Positions 49,461 through 59,496 are shown, counted from the first letter of the whole stretch. The stretch: 63,629 bases of DNA, filler included, from Hausera hauseri (GCA_046269625.1; 12 parts of 12 records of this genome joined end to end with filler, not necessarily neighbours in it); one strand, 5' to 3'. Notes: a model not told the origin generated them from the letters alone. A program made the numbers and translations.

Positions 49461-52400
49461 TCAGCTGGGATTGTCGGTATCTAACGGGTTCGTTAGATTA
49501 CGCATATCAATTCTAACCCAGATCCTGTTTCGTTTGAGTCGCCTACATGCGAATCTGCTTACTATTATTACTATGATTATCAACACAACGGGGGTTATGG
49601 TCCCTATGCATATCGTTTCTAACCGTGAATGCTTGTATACTGTTCGTGTTGGTTTAAATGTTGTCTTATGATTAATCGTTTTGGTTCTATTACGTACTGC
49701 TATGTCATACTCTATTTTCGTTATTGCTGTCATTATTTTGGTAGAGGTTACTCTACCTTTATCGTCTAGCAACTGTAAAATTATTGTGTATTGGGTGTTC
49801 GAGTCTAGAGCTGCACATGGTGCTACCAAATCATCCGGAGTTATTATTCCTTTAGCAACAACAGTTTCCTGTTTCTTACAAGTGAATTTAATCTTGATAA
49901 AATCTAGGTCCGGTCTGACTGAAATGATTAATGCAGACGGGGCTGCTATTATAGTAACGTTCTCCCATATGGATCGTCTTGTCCGATAGTAAGACGAGTA
50001 GGGTTTAACTAAAATAGTCATTTCCTTTTTATCCGTCGAAGGTTGTTCAGGGGATGCTATATTTTTCTCTGGTACATCATTATATTCTTTATGGTTTTTA
50101 TATCGTATATACATAGTCGGTCCTTTTCTATGCATCTTATTCCTTAATTTTCCGTATTCCTTTCGTGACAATGTGTAATTTACCTCGTATATTTTACCTC
50201 TTGTTACATTGCAGCAGACCTGTGGTCGTTCTTCTGTTATTTCACATTTCAACGACTGTTGTTCTTTTCCTATGTCTTTTATGGATATTGTTATCCATCG
50301 GATATATTCTAATTCTATCAAGCTCCTAATTTCTAAGCAACTCCGTCCACTTTTAAATCCCATTGGTTTTATCTTTACCTGTCTGAGTATTATCTCATCA
50401 AGCAGCGTTTCATTCATTTCCCGTCTGTTTGGGACTCGAATATACTTATAGAATTTAGTATATAGACTATGGTAATAGCCTCCTTGTTTTTTTATGAGTG
50501 TAAGATACACTTCATGTGTTCCTGAAGTATCTATTGGACATTTTATTTTATTCATGGATGATCGTACTAAGCAATCGTTCTTTTGTTCGTTAGAGTTCTT
50601 CTTATAACCGTAAATGGGGTCTGTTTGTATCCTTATAATATAATAACTAAGCATTCGTCTTGTGGTGTACCAATAGATGCACTTTTGGCCTTGCATGGAA
50701 TACGTTATTTTGTATTTCATACTTTTTAACCATAGGTCCTCGTTAAGGGCCGTGGCATGTCGTATTTTGGCTTGCTCAATTTCTTGTCCTGTCATCTGAC
50801 CAGCTGTCTGAGGTAATACAAAGATAATTGCTAACAATAGACTCTTCATTGTCCAATACATTTTATAGATAGCTTTTTCCGTTCTTACTTTTTCCTTAAT
50901 ACTTAAAACCGTTTCTTTTTCGTCTTTTCTTAACTCACTTCTTCGAGCTGCTGGTTTACATCTATTTATATGAACCTTCACCGACGCATTATTCTTCTTC
51001 AAACATATGTTTGGCAGACTTACTTTCTCTACTTCATAAGGACCCTTGTAAGGTCTATCCAGTTTAGAGGTTTTACCCTTTTTTATCGCTGGGGAGTATA
51101 GCATAACTTGGTCGCCTACTTTGATTTTTGGCTGTTTAGTCTTCTTATCGTAGTATTTCTTGTATTTAGATTTATACTCCTCTTGATTTCCACAGATCGT
51201 CTTGTAGGCTAATTGAAGACGTTCTTGCATTAGTTGTTTATAGTTTTCCACCTCCATTAAATGTGAGACAGGTCTCACATTAAAGTCCAAATCAATGGGT
51301 AATCTTGCGTCTCGTAAATACATTAGGTAGAAGGGAGTTTCCTTGGTGGCTTCGTGTACTGACGTTCGGTTTACAAATACACACGCGTTAACATACTCGT
51401 CCCAGTCGTCTTGTCTGGTATTTACTACTGTTTGTAGTTTCCCTTTTAAATCTCCGATGTACCTCTCAACTAACCCGTTATTCTCTGGGTGGCCTGGTGT
51501 GGAACGTAGCTTCAATATCTTTAAAATATCATAAATTGACTGCATTACAGTTCCTGTTAGATTTGAGGCCTGGTCAGTTAAAATAATTCTTGGGGCTCCG
51601 TAATTAAACACTACATTTTCCACAAATTTCTCAGCAATTGTGTCTGCCTTCATATCTGCCATTGGTATGGCTACCACCCATTTAGTAAAGTAGTCAATAA
51701 AGACTAAGATATATCGGTTTCCGTTCCGGGTTAGTGGTAGTGGTCCTGTTATATCCATTGCCGTAAATTCGAATGGTGCTGGGGGATTATCCCATACCTT
51801 TAATGGTGCCTTAAATTTGGATCCGGTGTTTTTACGTGTGGCACATAACTTACAACTTTCACACCATTCTTGTACATCCTTCATCATATTAGGCCAAAAA
51901 TACTTTCGTTTTAATTTATTGAGCGTCTTTCTTGCTGACTGATGTCCACCAAGTAATCCATCATGATATTGTGTTAACAATACTGGTCTATTTTTCTTTG
52001 GGATTACTAACGCTGGTCCGTCTTGGTGAATATAATATAGAAATCCATCTTTTTCTTCATATGCCTCACCAAATCGTGCTAAATGTCTCGCTAATTCCTT
52101 ATCTTCTGGTAATACCTTATTCTTTATGAAATTTCTAATTACTTTTATTTCGAAATCTTCCTGCTGGTTTTGTTTAATCTTTTCTACTGATCCGTCCATA
52201 CTCCAGACGGCTGCTACTACTTCTTTCTTTACCTTTGGATTCTCCGTCATTCGAGATAGATAGTCCGCATTGGCATTTCTCGTTCCAGGTTTATACTGGA
52301 AATTTAGTGTGTACGGTTGCAATTTAAGAGCCCAACGTAACAATCGGCTATTTGGGTTTTCGTGTTGCTTCAACCACTGTAATGGTCGATGGTCAGTGTA

Positions 52401-55400
52401 TATCAATAGTGGTTTATTCTCACTAATATACGGTGAAAATACTTCTAGGGCAAATATCACTGCCAATAATTCCTTCTCAATCACCGCGTATTTCTTTTGA
52501 TGCTTATTAAGTTTTCGTGAGGCATAGGCTACTGGGTGCTCCTTACCGTCTTCGCCCTTTTGTGATAGCACTGCTCCCACTCCATAGTCACTTGCATCCG
52601 TGGCTAGTATGAATGGTTTGTTCATATCTGGGTAAATTAATATAGGGGCAGTTACTAGTCTTTCCTTTAAATATTCGAATGCTTTTTGACAATTGGTAGT
52701 CCAAACTACTGTATCTAGGTCCTCACATAATAGTTCATATAGGGGTTTTGCAATCTTACTGAAATCCTTTATGAATCTCCGATAATAATTTGCCAAGCCT
52801 AGAAATCGCCGTAGTTCCCGAACTGTTGTCGGCTTCGGGAAGTCTTTTATTTTTCCCAATAATTTATCCTGTGGTTTTACACCATATTTGTCTACTCTAT
52901 GTCCCAGAAAATCTACTTCCGCCTGGGCAAAAGAACATTTCTTTGGATTTATCTTTAAGCCCATAATCTCGCATCTATCAAAAAGATCTTGTAGGTCTTT
53001 CAAATGTCTTTGGAAATTTGGTGATGCTATTATTACATCGTCAATGTATACCATGGCATGTGGAGCATCCAACAATAGGAGTTCTGTTCCTCTCTGAAAT
53101 GTTGGTGGTCCGTTCTTTAGCCCAAATGGCATCCTGTTAAACTCCCACAGTCCTTCTCCAATTGAGAAGGCCGTTTTTGGTTTGTCCTCTTCTTTTACTT
53201 CCACTTGCCAGTAACCTTTTTGTAAATCTATTGTTGAGAATATTGTTGATCCATGGAGCCTGTCTAGTATCTCATCAATCCTGGGCAATGGGTATGTATC
53301 CGTTTCAGTGATTTCATTTAATGCTCGGTAGTCTATGCAAAATCTCATAGTTCCGTCCTTTTTCTTGACCATTACTACAGGGGCCGTCCACGGGGAGCAA
53401 CTTGGTCGGATAATCTTATTTTCCCTCATCTCCTTAATTATTTTCCGTGCCTCCTGTTTCTTATCGTACGCTAATCGATATGGTCTCTTTTTGATTGGGT
53501 TATCATGGCCTTCTTTCAGTTTAATAGTATGCTGTATCACGTTCATAGTACCCAAATCATAGTCGTTTTGTGCGAACCGAGCATTATTCTTCTGCAATAA
53601 TTCGATTAGCGTCTTCTTTTCTTCTTGTGTTATAGTTTGGCAGTTCTGTAATTTTTCATGCCAATTGATATTGGTTGTTTTGACCTTTTTTATATCTTTC
53701 CTCGGTTCTCCTTTTAACTTTTCCTTCATTAATTTTTCTATTTTATCGATATCGGACAATGTTGAACTTGTTTCTTGTTTTACTACCCCTTCACTGGTTG
53801 TTACCTCACCCAATCTTGTATTCCGTCGTAATCTTCTTTTCCTATTTGTCGTATTGCAGATTCGTAAATGAATTCTTCCTTCCCTTACTTTGTCTACGTG
53901 AGGCGCTATTAAAATTTCATATTTTTCCATAACTTGCGCGAATGGTTCAAAGCACACTATTTCTGATAGTATAGGGCTTTCTATCTTTCCTGGCACTATG
54001 ATTTCAGATCGGGGTGGTATTATAATGTCTTTTGTTAACGAAACCTTTCCTCTATTTCTATCTTCATCAAACATTTTCAACTGACTGGTTTTTACGTCAA
54101 TATATACATTTTCTAACTGACTTAATACATCACACCCGATTAAAATTTCGTTTGTCAAATTGTCGGCTATTCTTATAGTATGTTTTACAGTTTGATCGCC
54201 GATTTTAATATCTGCGTCAAGAACCGTTTTTATTTCTTCTTCCTTACCGAACGCTCCTACATTTATTAATGTAGTTTTTGGTCTCCGTAACTTCCTTTTT
54301 AACTCCTTAGGTAGTAGGCTTTTCCCCATTATTGTGGTGGTAGATCCAGTGTCTAATAGAGCTATCATGGGGTATCCGTTCACTTCGATTTCTATTTCTG
54401 GTCTTATAGATGACCTTTCTTCTTTGTCGTCGGTTTTGTGCGTTGGTTCATGCCTATACGGTCTTACACCTTCTTCAAAATCTTGCCGCATCTGTAGCAC
54501 TTGATCTGTTGGGTACAATCCTGTATGTACCACGTATCTAGGAGCTGAAGGGTTTGCTATTAGTTGCTCGTTATATGGTTGTCCGTGATATTCGTCTATA
54601 GGATCTAAATGTGGTAGATCGGTCACGAGCTTGTGTCTGTATTTCGGTTTTCGTGTCTTTAGCATTATTTGCTTAATATTAGATATCCTTTTGTGTTCTG
54701 TCTTTGTCCTTCCTTGATCATAGTGGGTGTCATCATTATCAGGTATGCTATACAAAGATTCTTTATTGTCTCTCTTCTGTAATACTTTCTTCTTCCATCG
54801 TGCATCGTGATTCGTTAAGAAGCAACTTGCTACAGCTGGTATCACTGCTATCAGTATTTTCCACGAACACCCTACTGCTGCGTGTATTCCATATGCTTTA
54901 CCGAGGGCCGTAAATATTGTTCGTAACGCGCTAATAATGAAATATATTGCCAGAAAACCCGACGCGGCTTGTCCGAAATATAAGAACTTTCCCCACATTT
55001 TCTCCATGACATTTCTTGTTACTTTTTTTAAATAATCTTTACCCATAAGGTTTTCCCATTGTGGTGATCCTTCGCCGTCCCACATGACTCTCCGAGTCAG
55101 TTCGGTTATCACTCGTTGTCTTTGCTGTGGGAATAGTAGCATTCGTCGGTAATCTTCTAAGTTTTGTTGGGTATAAATTCCTCCTTGTGATATTTCTGTC
55201 AATGGCTCGAATTTCTGGTTTCTTTGTAGATTTATCAAACTCAGTGTCTCTGGTTTAGACACTGGTTCTCTTTTCGGCATCCTTATCCATTTATCATTAT
55301 CAATTTTAAACATTGGTGACATACTAAAAGTACAGTTATATAAGGGAGTGGGCTTTACCTGAGCATCAAGAAGTATCCTCGTTACTGGCATGACATATCG

Positions 55401-58400
55401 CGCTTCTGACTGGTAAACGACAGGTAGTTCCATTATACATTCTTCCGTAGGTCTGATTGATACTTCTACCTTCTTGCATTCTATGGTTATTAAGACCTCG
55501 CCCATCACTCGTCCGATAACTCCGTCGCCAAAAGGTAGTACCGGCGCTACCATATCCGGATTCGTTATCACCAATGCCATTTTATTACGCATTATTTCAT
55601 AATTCAATTTGCATTCATTCATTATTATTTCCCGGTATAAACCTCTAATCTCTTTTCTTACGTAGTTGATCAGGAAATCTATTTTATTATCAAAATATTG
55701 AGTTAACTTTATGTCTTTCTTATCTACTTTGGTTTTCGCTCCGGGTATTTCCTTTCGTGATAGGTAGATGCCCTTATAATTAGTCTTTGACATTTCTTCA
55801 TTACATTTCGTTATTACACCCGTAATCTTAAATCTCATCATTTCTTCTGGATTTTCTGAATAGACAATTGTGGCTACCTCAGTCATTTTAACTTCTTTTG
55901 TTCCCTCTTTATATGTTGCCGTCTCCTTTTCTGCTGTTTTTCCTACCGTTTTATTAAACTTTCCTTCTTTTAGCAATGTCAACTGACATTTACTTGCGGT
56001 GGTTTCCCAAGTCATTTTTGATTCTCCCGTATCGCATTCGCCGTTATCGTATTCGCATTCGTTCATCGTTGTCATTAATTTCGTTTGGGAATCGAATAGT
56101 CCTTCGTATTCTTTTAACTGTACCTGATAATCTTCTATGGCCACTGTTCTAGGTGCAATGGTGCCTCCAACGTCATAGTCTACTCCTCTACAGGTTCCTT
56201 CCATTGTCTTATCTATCCGTCCGGCTCTAAAAACCCTCGTGTATTTTACTCTGTTTCTTACTGCCGGTATATGTGCATTCTGTATGGTTATAATGCCAAT
56301 CTTAAAGGCATCCTGGCATTCTGCTCGGGATATTATTATCGGCTCGAAGGGTGTTGTAGGTTCAATTATGGCTGAATTCCCTGAGTAATATGCACAATTA
56401 AATAAGAAGAATGATTTCTTTACATAGCATTCTCTAATCTTTGTTTTTATGAATTCGGACTCTTGATACACCCAGTACGTAAGGCCACTGGTAGTTGTCA
56501 ATTGTTCTGGGTCGGCCTCTGGACATTTTTCTAAATCGACTAACGAATACTTTTGTCCTTCTCTGGGTTTGGAACAGTCATATGCTATAATTCCTACGGC
56601 TTTTGGCAATAACAATGAGGTTATCAACAGAATTTGTATTATTTCCATTATTGACATGCCCGTTATTCCTGTCCGAGGTATAGTTGGTTGGGTCCCCGTT
56701 GATCTATCTCTTTCTCGATCTTCCGTCCTAGTTATGGTTGTCGTCAAGCTGTTCAGCCATCCACCTCTGCATTGAGCCCAATTTCCCAGAGTATCTTTTA
56801 AAATTTTCACGATTGTTTTTATGTTTCGTTCTATTTCTTCCAGATTTTGTGTCTGATGGTTGATTACTATTATTTTATATAGTAAATAAGATATAGCCGT
56901 TTGGACCTTTTCCCGTGTAATGCCTGTGGCGAACATCTTTTCTAGAATATCTAATTCGTGTAGCTCGTTTATCCTTTCTTCTTCTAAATTCTCGTAAAAT
57001 TGTCTGCTTATTCTCAGCATATTATTACGTAAAGTATTAAATACTTCCTCTGGAATCATTGCCTGTGTGTCAAAAGAGACAAATGACGTGTGCATCTTGG
57101 CCAGTAACGTTCTTACTAGAGAATCTATATCTACCGACTCAGAAGTGCCATCTGTTCCTGCTAGTAATAAACGTCTTACTATTTCTTCATTCCTATCTTT
57201 TCTATTGCGAATGTCGCTTATTTTCGTTCCTCTTGGCCTGCCTCTTCTCTTGGCTTCCGTTTGAACCGTTACATCTTGTGTGTCATCCATTGGATTTTCT
57301 ACTTCCCGTGGTTCCGTTTCTTTTATTATTTCTTCCACCGTTGCTTGTGCTCTCGCCTCCGGGTGTATTTCGATTATGCTTATCGGATTATAATTCTCAC
57401 TTCTACATCCGATTCTCAATAATCGGTCATAACTGTACAGTGTCCTTCCATAATAACTTATTCCATAATGGCTACCGTGATAAAATGGTTCCAGTTCTTC
57501 TATCTTATTTCGTAAAGTTAGTATATCGTCCATTTCGTTCAGCCGTATAATCCTCATGTCCTGATTCCCTTCTTTTATCGTTATTCTAATAGCTTCATTT
57601 CTTCCTTTTCCTTCCTCAGCAGCTTTGGCTAATACCGTCCTAGCTATCTCCTTTACTGGACTGGTATCTTGGGCGAGTAATACCAATTGCGGTAAAATTT
57701 CGTTCAATTTTTCCGTCATTATTTTACTTGTGATGGTTTTTAGTATCGTCACAGTTGTTTTGTCTACATCGACTATATTGTTAGGGTCAATGGCCAACAC
57801 TGCTTCTATAATATCGTCTTCTTCGTCTAAATCCACGCCTGGATTCCTTATTACTTGGTCCAACACCGTTTCATCAAAAATAGGTATGGCCTGAGTTTCG
57901 TCTGGACTAAATGAGGGTGAGGGGGTACTGACGCTACTCTTCCTTCTTCCTCTTTTCTTTTCTTTTACTACTTCTTCCCTCTCTGTTGACGTTTCTCTTG
58001 ATCCAACTTCTTCATCAATTATTTTTTTATTACTTTTCTTTTTTCCTTTGCGAGATGTCTGTTTCTCCACTGGATCACCTACCATATAGGTATTACTTTC
58101 TTTCAACCTCTGCTGTTGTCTTTTATATTCTTTTACTTCTATTTCTAGCTGTTTCTTTATACGTGGGGGTAATGAATCACTTATGTAATTTATACCTTCT
58201 TTCTTCTTGTCTTTCTTTTTAACTTCTCGTTCACTAGCACTATCATCCGTTTCGTATTCTCTGTCGGATGATTCGTCTGACGTGGCGGATACATTATCTT
58301 TCTTTGACTTATTCTTCTTCGGTTTCGAGGAGTCCTTTTGACGTAACCTACATGATTTTGCTATATGCCCATACTTATTGCAATTGAAACATTTCAGTCT

Positions 58401-59204
58401 TCCTTCAGAGTCTATACTTGGTAATGATCTTCCATCTTTCTTATATTTCTTCTTGTAACTCGTTTTTTCTCCATCATTCCGTAAATTAAATCTTACTTTC
58501 TTCTCTCCATCTGATTCAGCTTCTGTTGCTGACGTTTGTGACGGACTTCTATTCCTTTCATATCGTTGGTACTTCTGCGTACTATTGTTTCTTCTTTTAT
58601 CGCTCCCATTATTGTTATTTCGGGCTTTGTTCCATCTGTATAATTCTGCATCCCTTTCGGCTTTCCGTGCTTTTCTTATTGCTTCTTGAAACGTTGGCGG
58701 GTCCGCTTGAGAAATTATCGTTCGTAGTCTTTCCTCTAGTCCATATTGGAATTGTGCTAACAGAGCGTTATTCCGTATCGTAACGTCTGGGTATGCTCTC
58801 GCTGCAAGTTTTTCCAATGCGCATACAAAGTCCTGGACGGATTCATCTTTCCGCTGCCTCCGTCTTATGAATTCTTCAATTCGTCCCTTTCCAGAGGGAT
58901 CTATCAAAAACTTTTGGGGCAGCTTTTCTTTTATATCCTTCCATTCCTTCTTTTCTTCTTCAGGCATTTGGAAATATACCATGAGAGCTGTTCCTTTCAA
59001 ATGCAAAGGTAATCTTTCTACCCTCTGTTTATCGTCCCAGCCAAAACTTTTAGAATACACCTCGTATTCCATCATAAAATCTTGGATATCTTCCTTGCCA
59101 GAGAACTTTTTCATGGGGAGGGTGAAGTCAGCCTTAGACTGAATCACCTGTTCTACTTTATTGCCTGTCATTTCTTCTTCACTTAGGTTGTCAAGGTATT
59201 CCAA
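49461..59204 (-). CDS. 3247-aa retroelement polyprotein Gag - UBL - class III envelope glycoprotein - PR - RT - RH - IN - second type I membrane protein
   Basis: Uninterrupted 9.7-kb ORF. CFNCNKYGHIAKSC (aa ~272), signal + AYDC (aa ~850-877), LLDTGS (aa ~1618), YIDD (aa 2053), TDASDYG..ELL..TDH RNase H, HHCC + DDE integrase + GPY, second signal (aa ~2782), RTRR/S (aa 3074) and TM (aa ~3198-3215). The ORF finder used a TTG start; the first ATG is at ~59171. Confidence 0.95.
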   Translation of the reverse strand: MEYLDNLSEEEMTGNKVEQVIQSKADFTLPMKKFSGKEDIQDFMMEYEVYSKSFGWDDKQRVERLPLHLKGTALMVYFQMPEEEKKEWKDIKEKLPQKFLIDPSGKGRIEEFIRRRQRKDESVQDFVCALEKLAARAYPDVTIRNNALLAQFQYGLEERLRTIISQADPPTFQEAIRKARKAERDAELYRWNKARNNNNGSDKRRNNSTQKYQRYERNRSPSQTSATEAESDGEKKVRFNLRNDGEKTSYKKKYKKDGRSLPSIDSEGRLKCFNCNKYGHIAKSCRLRQKDSSKPKKNKSKKDNVSATSDESSDREYETDDSASEREVKKKDKKKEGINYISDSLPPRIKKQLEIEVKEYKRQQQRLKESNTYMVGDPVEKQTSRKGKKKSNKKIIDEEVGSRETSTEREEVVKEKKRGRRKSSVSTPSPSFSPDETQAIPIFDETVLDQVIRNPGVDLDEEDDIIEAVLAIDPNNIVDVDKTTVTILKTITSKIMTEKLNEILPQLVLLAQDTSPVKEIARTVLAKAAEEGKGRNEAIRITIKEGNQDMRIIRLNEMDDILTLRNKIEELEPFYHGSHYGISYYGRTLYSYDRLLRIGCRSENYNPISIIEIHPEARAQATVEEIIKETEPREVENPMDDTQDVTVQTEAKRRGRPRGTKISDIRNRKDRNEEIVRRLLLAGTDGTSESVDIDSLVRTLLAKMHTSFVSFDTQAMIPEEVFNTLRNNMLRISRQFYENLEEERINELHELDILEKMFATGITREKVQTAISYLLYKIIVINHQTQNLEEIERNIKTIVKILKDTLGNWAQCRGGWLNSLTTTITRTEDRERDRSTGTQPTIPRTGITGMSIMEIIQILLITSLLLPKAVGIIAYDCSKPREGQKYSLVDLEKCPEADPEQLTTTSGLTYWVYQESEFIKTKIRECYVKKSFFLFNCAYYSGNSAIIEPTTPFEPIIISRAECQDAFKIGIITIQNAHIPAVRNRVKYTRVFRAGRIDKTMEGTCRGVDYDVGGTIAPRTVAIEDYQVQLKEYEGLFDSQTKLMTTMNECEYDNGECDTGESKMTWETTASKCQLTLLKEGKFNKTVGKTAEKETATYKEGTKEVKMTEVATIVYSENPEEMMRFKITGVITKCNEEMSKTNYKGIYLSRKEIPGAKTKVDKKDIKLTQYFDNKIDFLINYVRKEIRGLYREIIMNECKLNYEIMRNKMALVITNPDMVAPVLPFGDGVIGRVMGEVLITIECKKVEVSIRPTEECIMELPVVYQSEARYVMPVTRILLDAQVKPTPLYNCTFSMSPMFKIDNDKWIRMPKREPVSKPETLSLINLQRNQKFEPLTEISQGGIYTQQNLEDYRRMLLFPQQRQRVITELTRRVMWDGEGSPQWENLMGKDYLKKVTRNVMEKMWGKFLYFGQAASGFLAIYFIISALRTIFTALGKAYGIHAAVGCSWKILIAVIPAVASCFLTNHDARWKKKVLQKRDNKESLYSIPDNDDTHYDQGRTKTEHKRISNIKQIMLKTRKPKYRHKLVTDLPHLDPIDEYHGQPYNEQLIANPSAPRYVVHTGLYPTDQVLQMRQDFEEGVRPYRHEPTHKTDDKEERSSIRPEIEIEVNGYPMIALLDTGSTTTIMGKSLLPKELKRKLRRPKTTLINVGAFGKEEEIKTVLDADIKIGDQTVKHTIRIADNLTNEILIGCDVLSQLENVYIDVKTSQLKMFDEDRNRGKVSLTKDIIIPPRSEIIVPGKIESPILSEIVCFEPFAQVMEKYEILIAPHVDKVREGRIHLRICNTTNRKRRLRRNTRLGEVTTSEGVVKQETSSTLSDIDKIEKLMKEKLKGEPRKDIKKVKTTNINWHEKLQNCQTITQEEKKTLIELLQKNNARFAQNDYDLGTMNVIQHTIKLKEGHDNPIKKRPYRLAYDKKQEARKIIKEMRENKIIRPSCSPWTAPVVMVKKKDGTMRFCIDYRALNEITETDTYPLPRIDEILDRLHGSTIFSTIDLQKGYWQVEVKEEDKPKTAFSIGEGLWEFNRMPFGLKNGPPTFQRGTELLLLDAPHAMVYIDDVIIASPNFQRHLKDLQDLFDRCEIMGLKINPKKCSFAQAEVDFLGHRVDKYGVKPQDKLLGKIKDFPKPTTVRELRRFLGLANYYRRFIKDFSKIAKPLYELLCEDLDTVVWTTNCQKAFEYLKERLVTAPILIYPDMNKPFILATDASDYGVGAVLSQKGEDGKEHPVAYASRKLNKHQKKYAVIEKELLAVIFALEVFSPYISENKPLLIYTDHRPLQWLKQHENPNSRLLRWALKLQPYTLNFQYKPGTRNANADYLSRMTENPKVKKEVVAAVWSMDGSVEKIKQNQQEDFEIKVIRNFIKNKVLPEDKELARHLARFGEAYEEKDGFLYYIHQDGPALVIPKKNRPVLLTQYHDGLLGGHQSARKTLNKLKRKYFWPNMMKDVQEWCESCKLCATRKNTGSKFKAPLKVWDNPPAPFEFTAMDITGPLPLTRNGNRYILVFIDYFTKWVVAIPMADMKADTIAEKFVENVVFNYGAPRIILTDQASNLTGTVMQSIYDILKILKLRSTPGHPENNGLVERYIGDLKGKLQTVVNTRQDDWDEYVNACVFVNRTSVHEATKETPFYLMYLRDARLPIDLDFNVRPVSHLMEVENYKQLMQERLQLAYKTICGNQEEYKSKYKKYYDKKTKQPKIKVGDQVMLYSPAIKKGKTSKLDRPYKGPYEVEKVSLPNICLKKNNASVKVHINRCKPAARRSELRKDEKETVLSIKEKVRTEKAIYKMYWTMKSLLLAIIFVLPQTAGQMTGQEIEQAKIRHATALNEDLWLKSMKYKITYSMQGQKCIYWYTTRRMLSYYIIRIQTDPIYGYKKNSNEQKNDCLVRSSMNKIKCPIDTSGTHEVYLTLIKKQGGYYHSLYTKFYKYIRVPNRREMNETLLDEIILRQVKIKPMGFKSGRSCLEIRSLIELEYIRWITISIKDIGKEQQSLKCEITEERPQVCCNVTRGKIYEVNYTLSRKEYGKLRNKMHRKGPTMYIRYKNHKEYNDVPEKNIASPEQPSTDKKEMTILVKPYSSYYRTRRSIWENVTIIAAPSALIISVRPDLDFIKIKFTCKKQETVVAKGIITPDDLVAPCAALDSNTQYTIILQLLDDKGRVTSTKIMTAITKIEYDIAVRNRTKTINHKTTFKPTRTVYKHSRLETICIGTITPVVLIIIVIIVSRFACRRLKRNRIWVRIDMRNLTNPLDTDNPS
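54812..56657 (-). other. Chuvirus/herpes gB-type class III fusion glycoprotein domain within the polyprotein
   Basis: Signal peptide, GIIAYDC..SLVDLEKCP, C.DAF..G, CKL..IMRN..LV.TNPD, GEVLITIECKKVEVSIRPTEECIMELPV, and WGKFLYFGQAASGFLAIYFII..AYGIH..VGCSW.IL. These match chuvirus-like G motifs as I recall them. Confidence 0.85.
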
Positions 59205-59297
59205 TCCAAAAGGTATATTTTCTTCTCTTTGATATATTGTCCCTTTCCTGGTAGTTATTTTGCTTCTGTTTATCTAAAGGTCCTAACAAATTTATAG

Positions 59298-59316
59298 ATC
59301 CCGGGTCACGGCACCA
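59298..59316 (-). promoter_or_regulatory. tRNA-His primer binding site
   Basis: TGGTGCCGTGACCCGGGAT is nearly identical to the canonical tRNA-His PBS TGGTGCCGTGACTCGGAT. It lies 3 nt after ..TGAACA and ~100 nt upstream of gag. Confidence 0.88.
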
Positions 59317-59319
59317 GTT

Positions 59320-59396
59320 TGTTCAATTCTTCCTTTTATGACAGAATTTAATAAGAAATTTTTATTATATTTGGATTACTTTAGATTGAACAAATT
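59320..59396 (-). repeat. 3' end (R/U5) of the 5' LTR of the enveloped Gypsy, truncated by the contig end
   Basis: Ends in CA just before the PBS and contains AATAAA. Confidence 0.6.
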
Positions 59397-59496
59397 NNNN
59401 NNNNNNNNNNNNNNNNNNNNNNNNNNNNNNNNNNNNNNNNTTAATTAATTAANNNNNNNNNNNNNNNNNNNNNNNNNNNNNNNNNNNNNNNNNNNN

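Noticed and set aside
53800-54050. dUTPase-like beta region after the protease (IIIPPRSEIIV..NTRLGEV)
   Set aside because: A degenerate post-protease segment common in Ty3/Gypsy Pol, with no catalytic dUTPase motifs.
49471-59142. Many short + strand ORFs antisense to the polyprotein
   Set aside because: Expected shadows of an A-rich coding strand, with no motifs.
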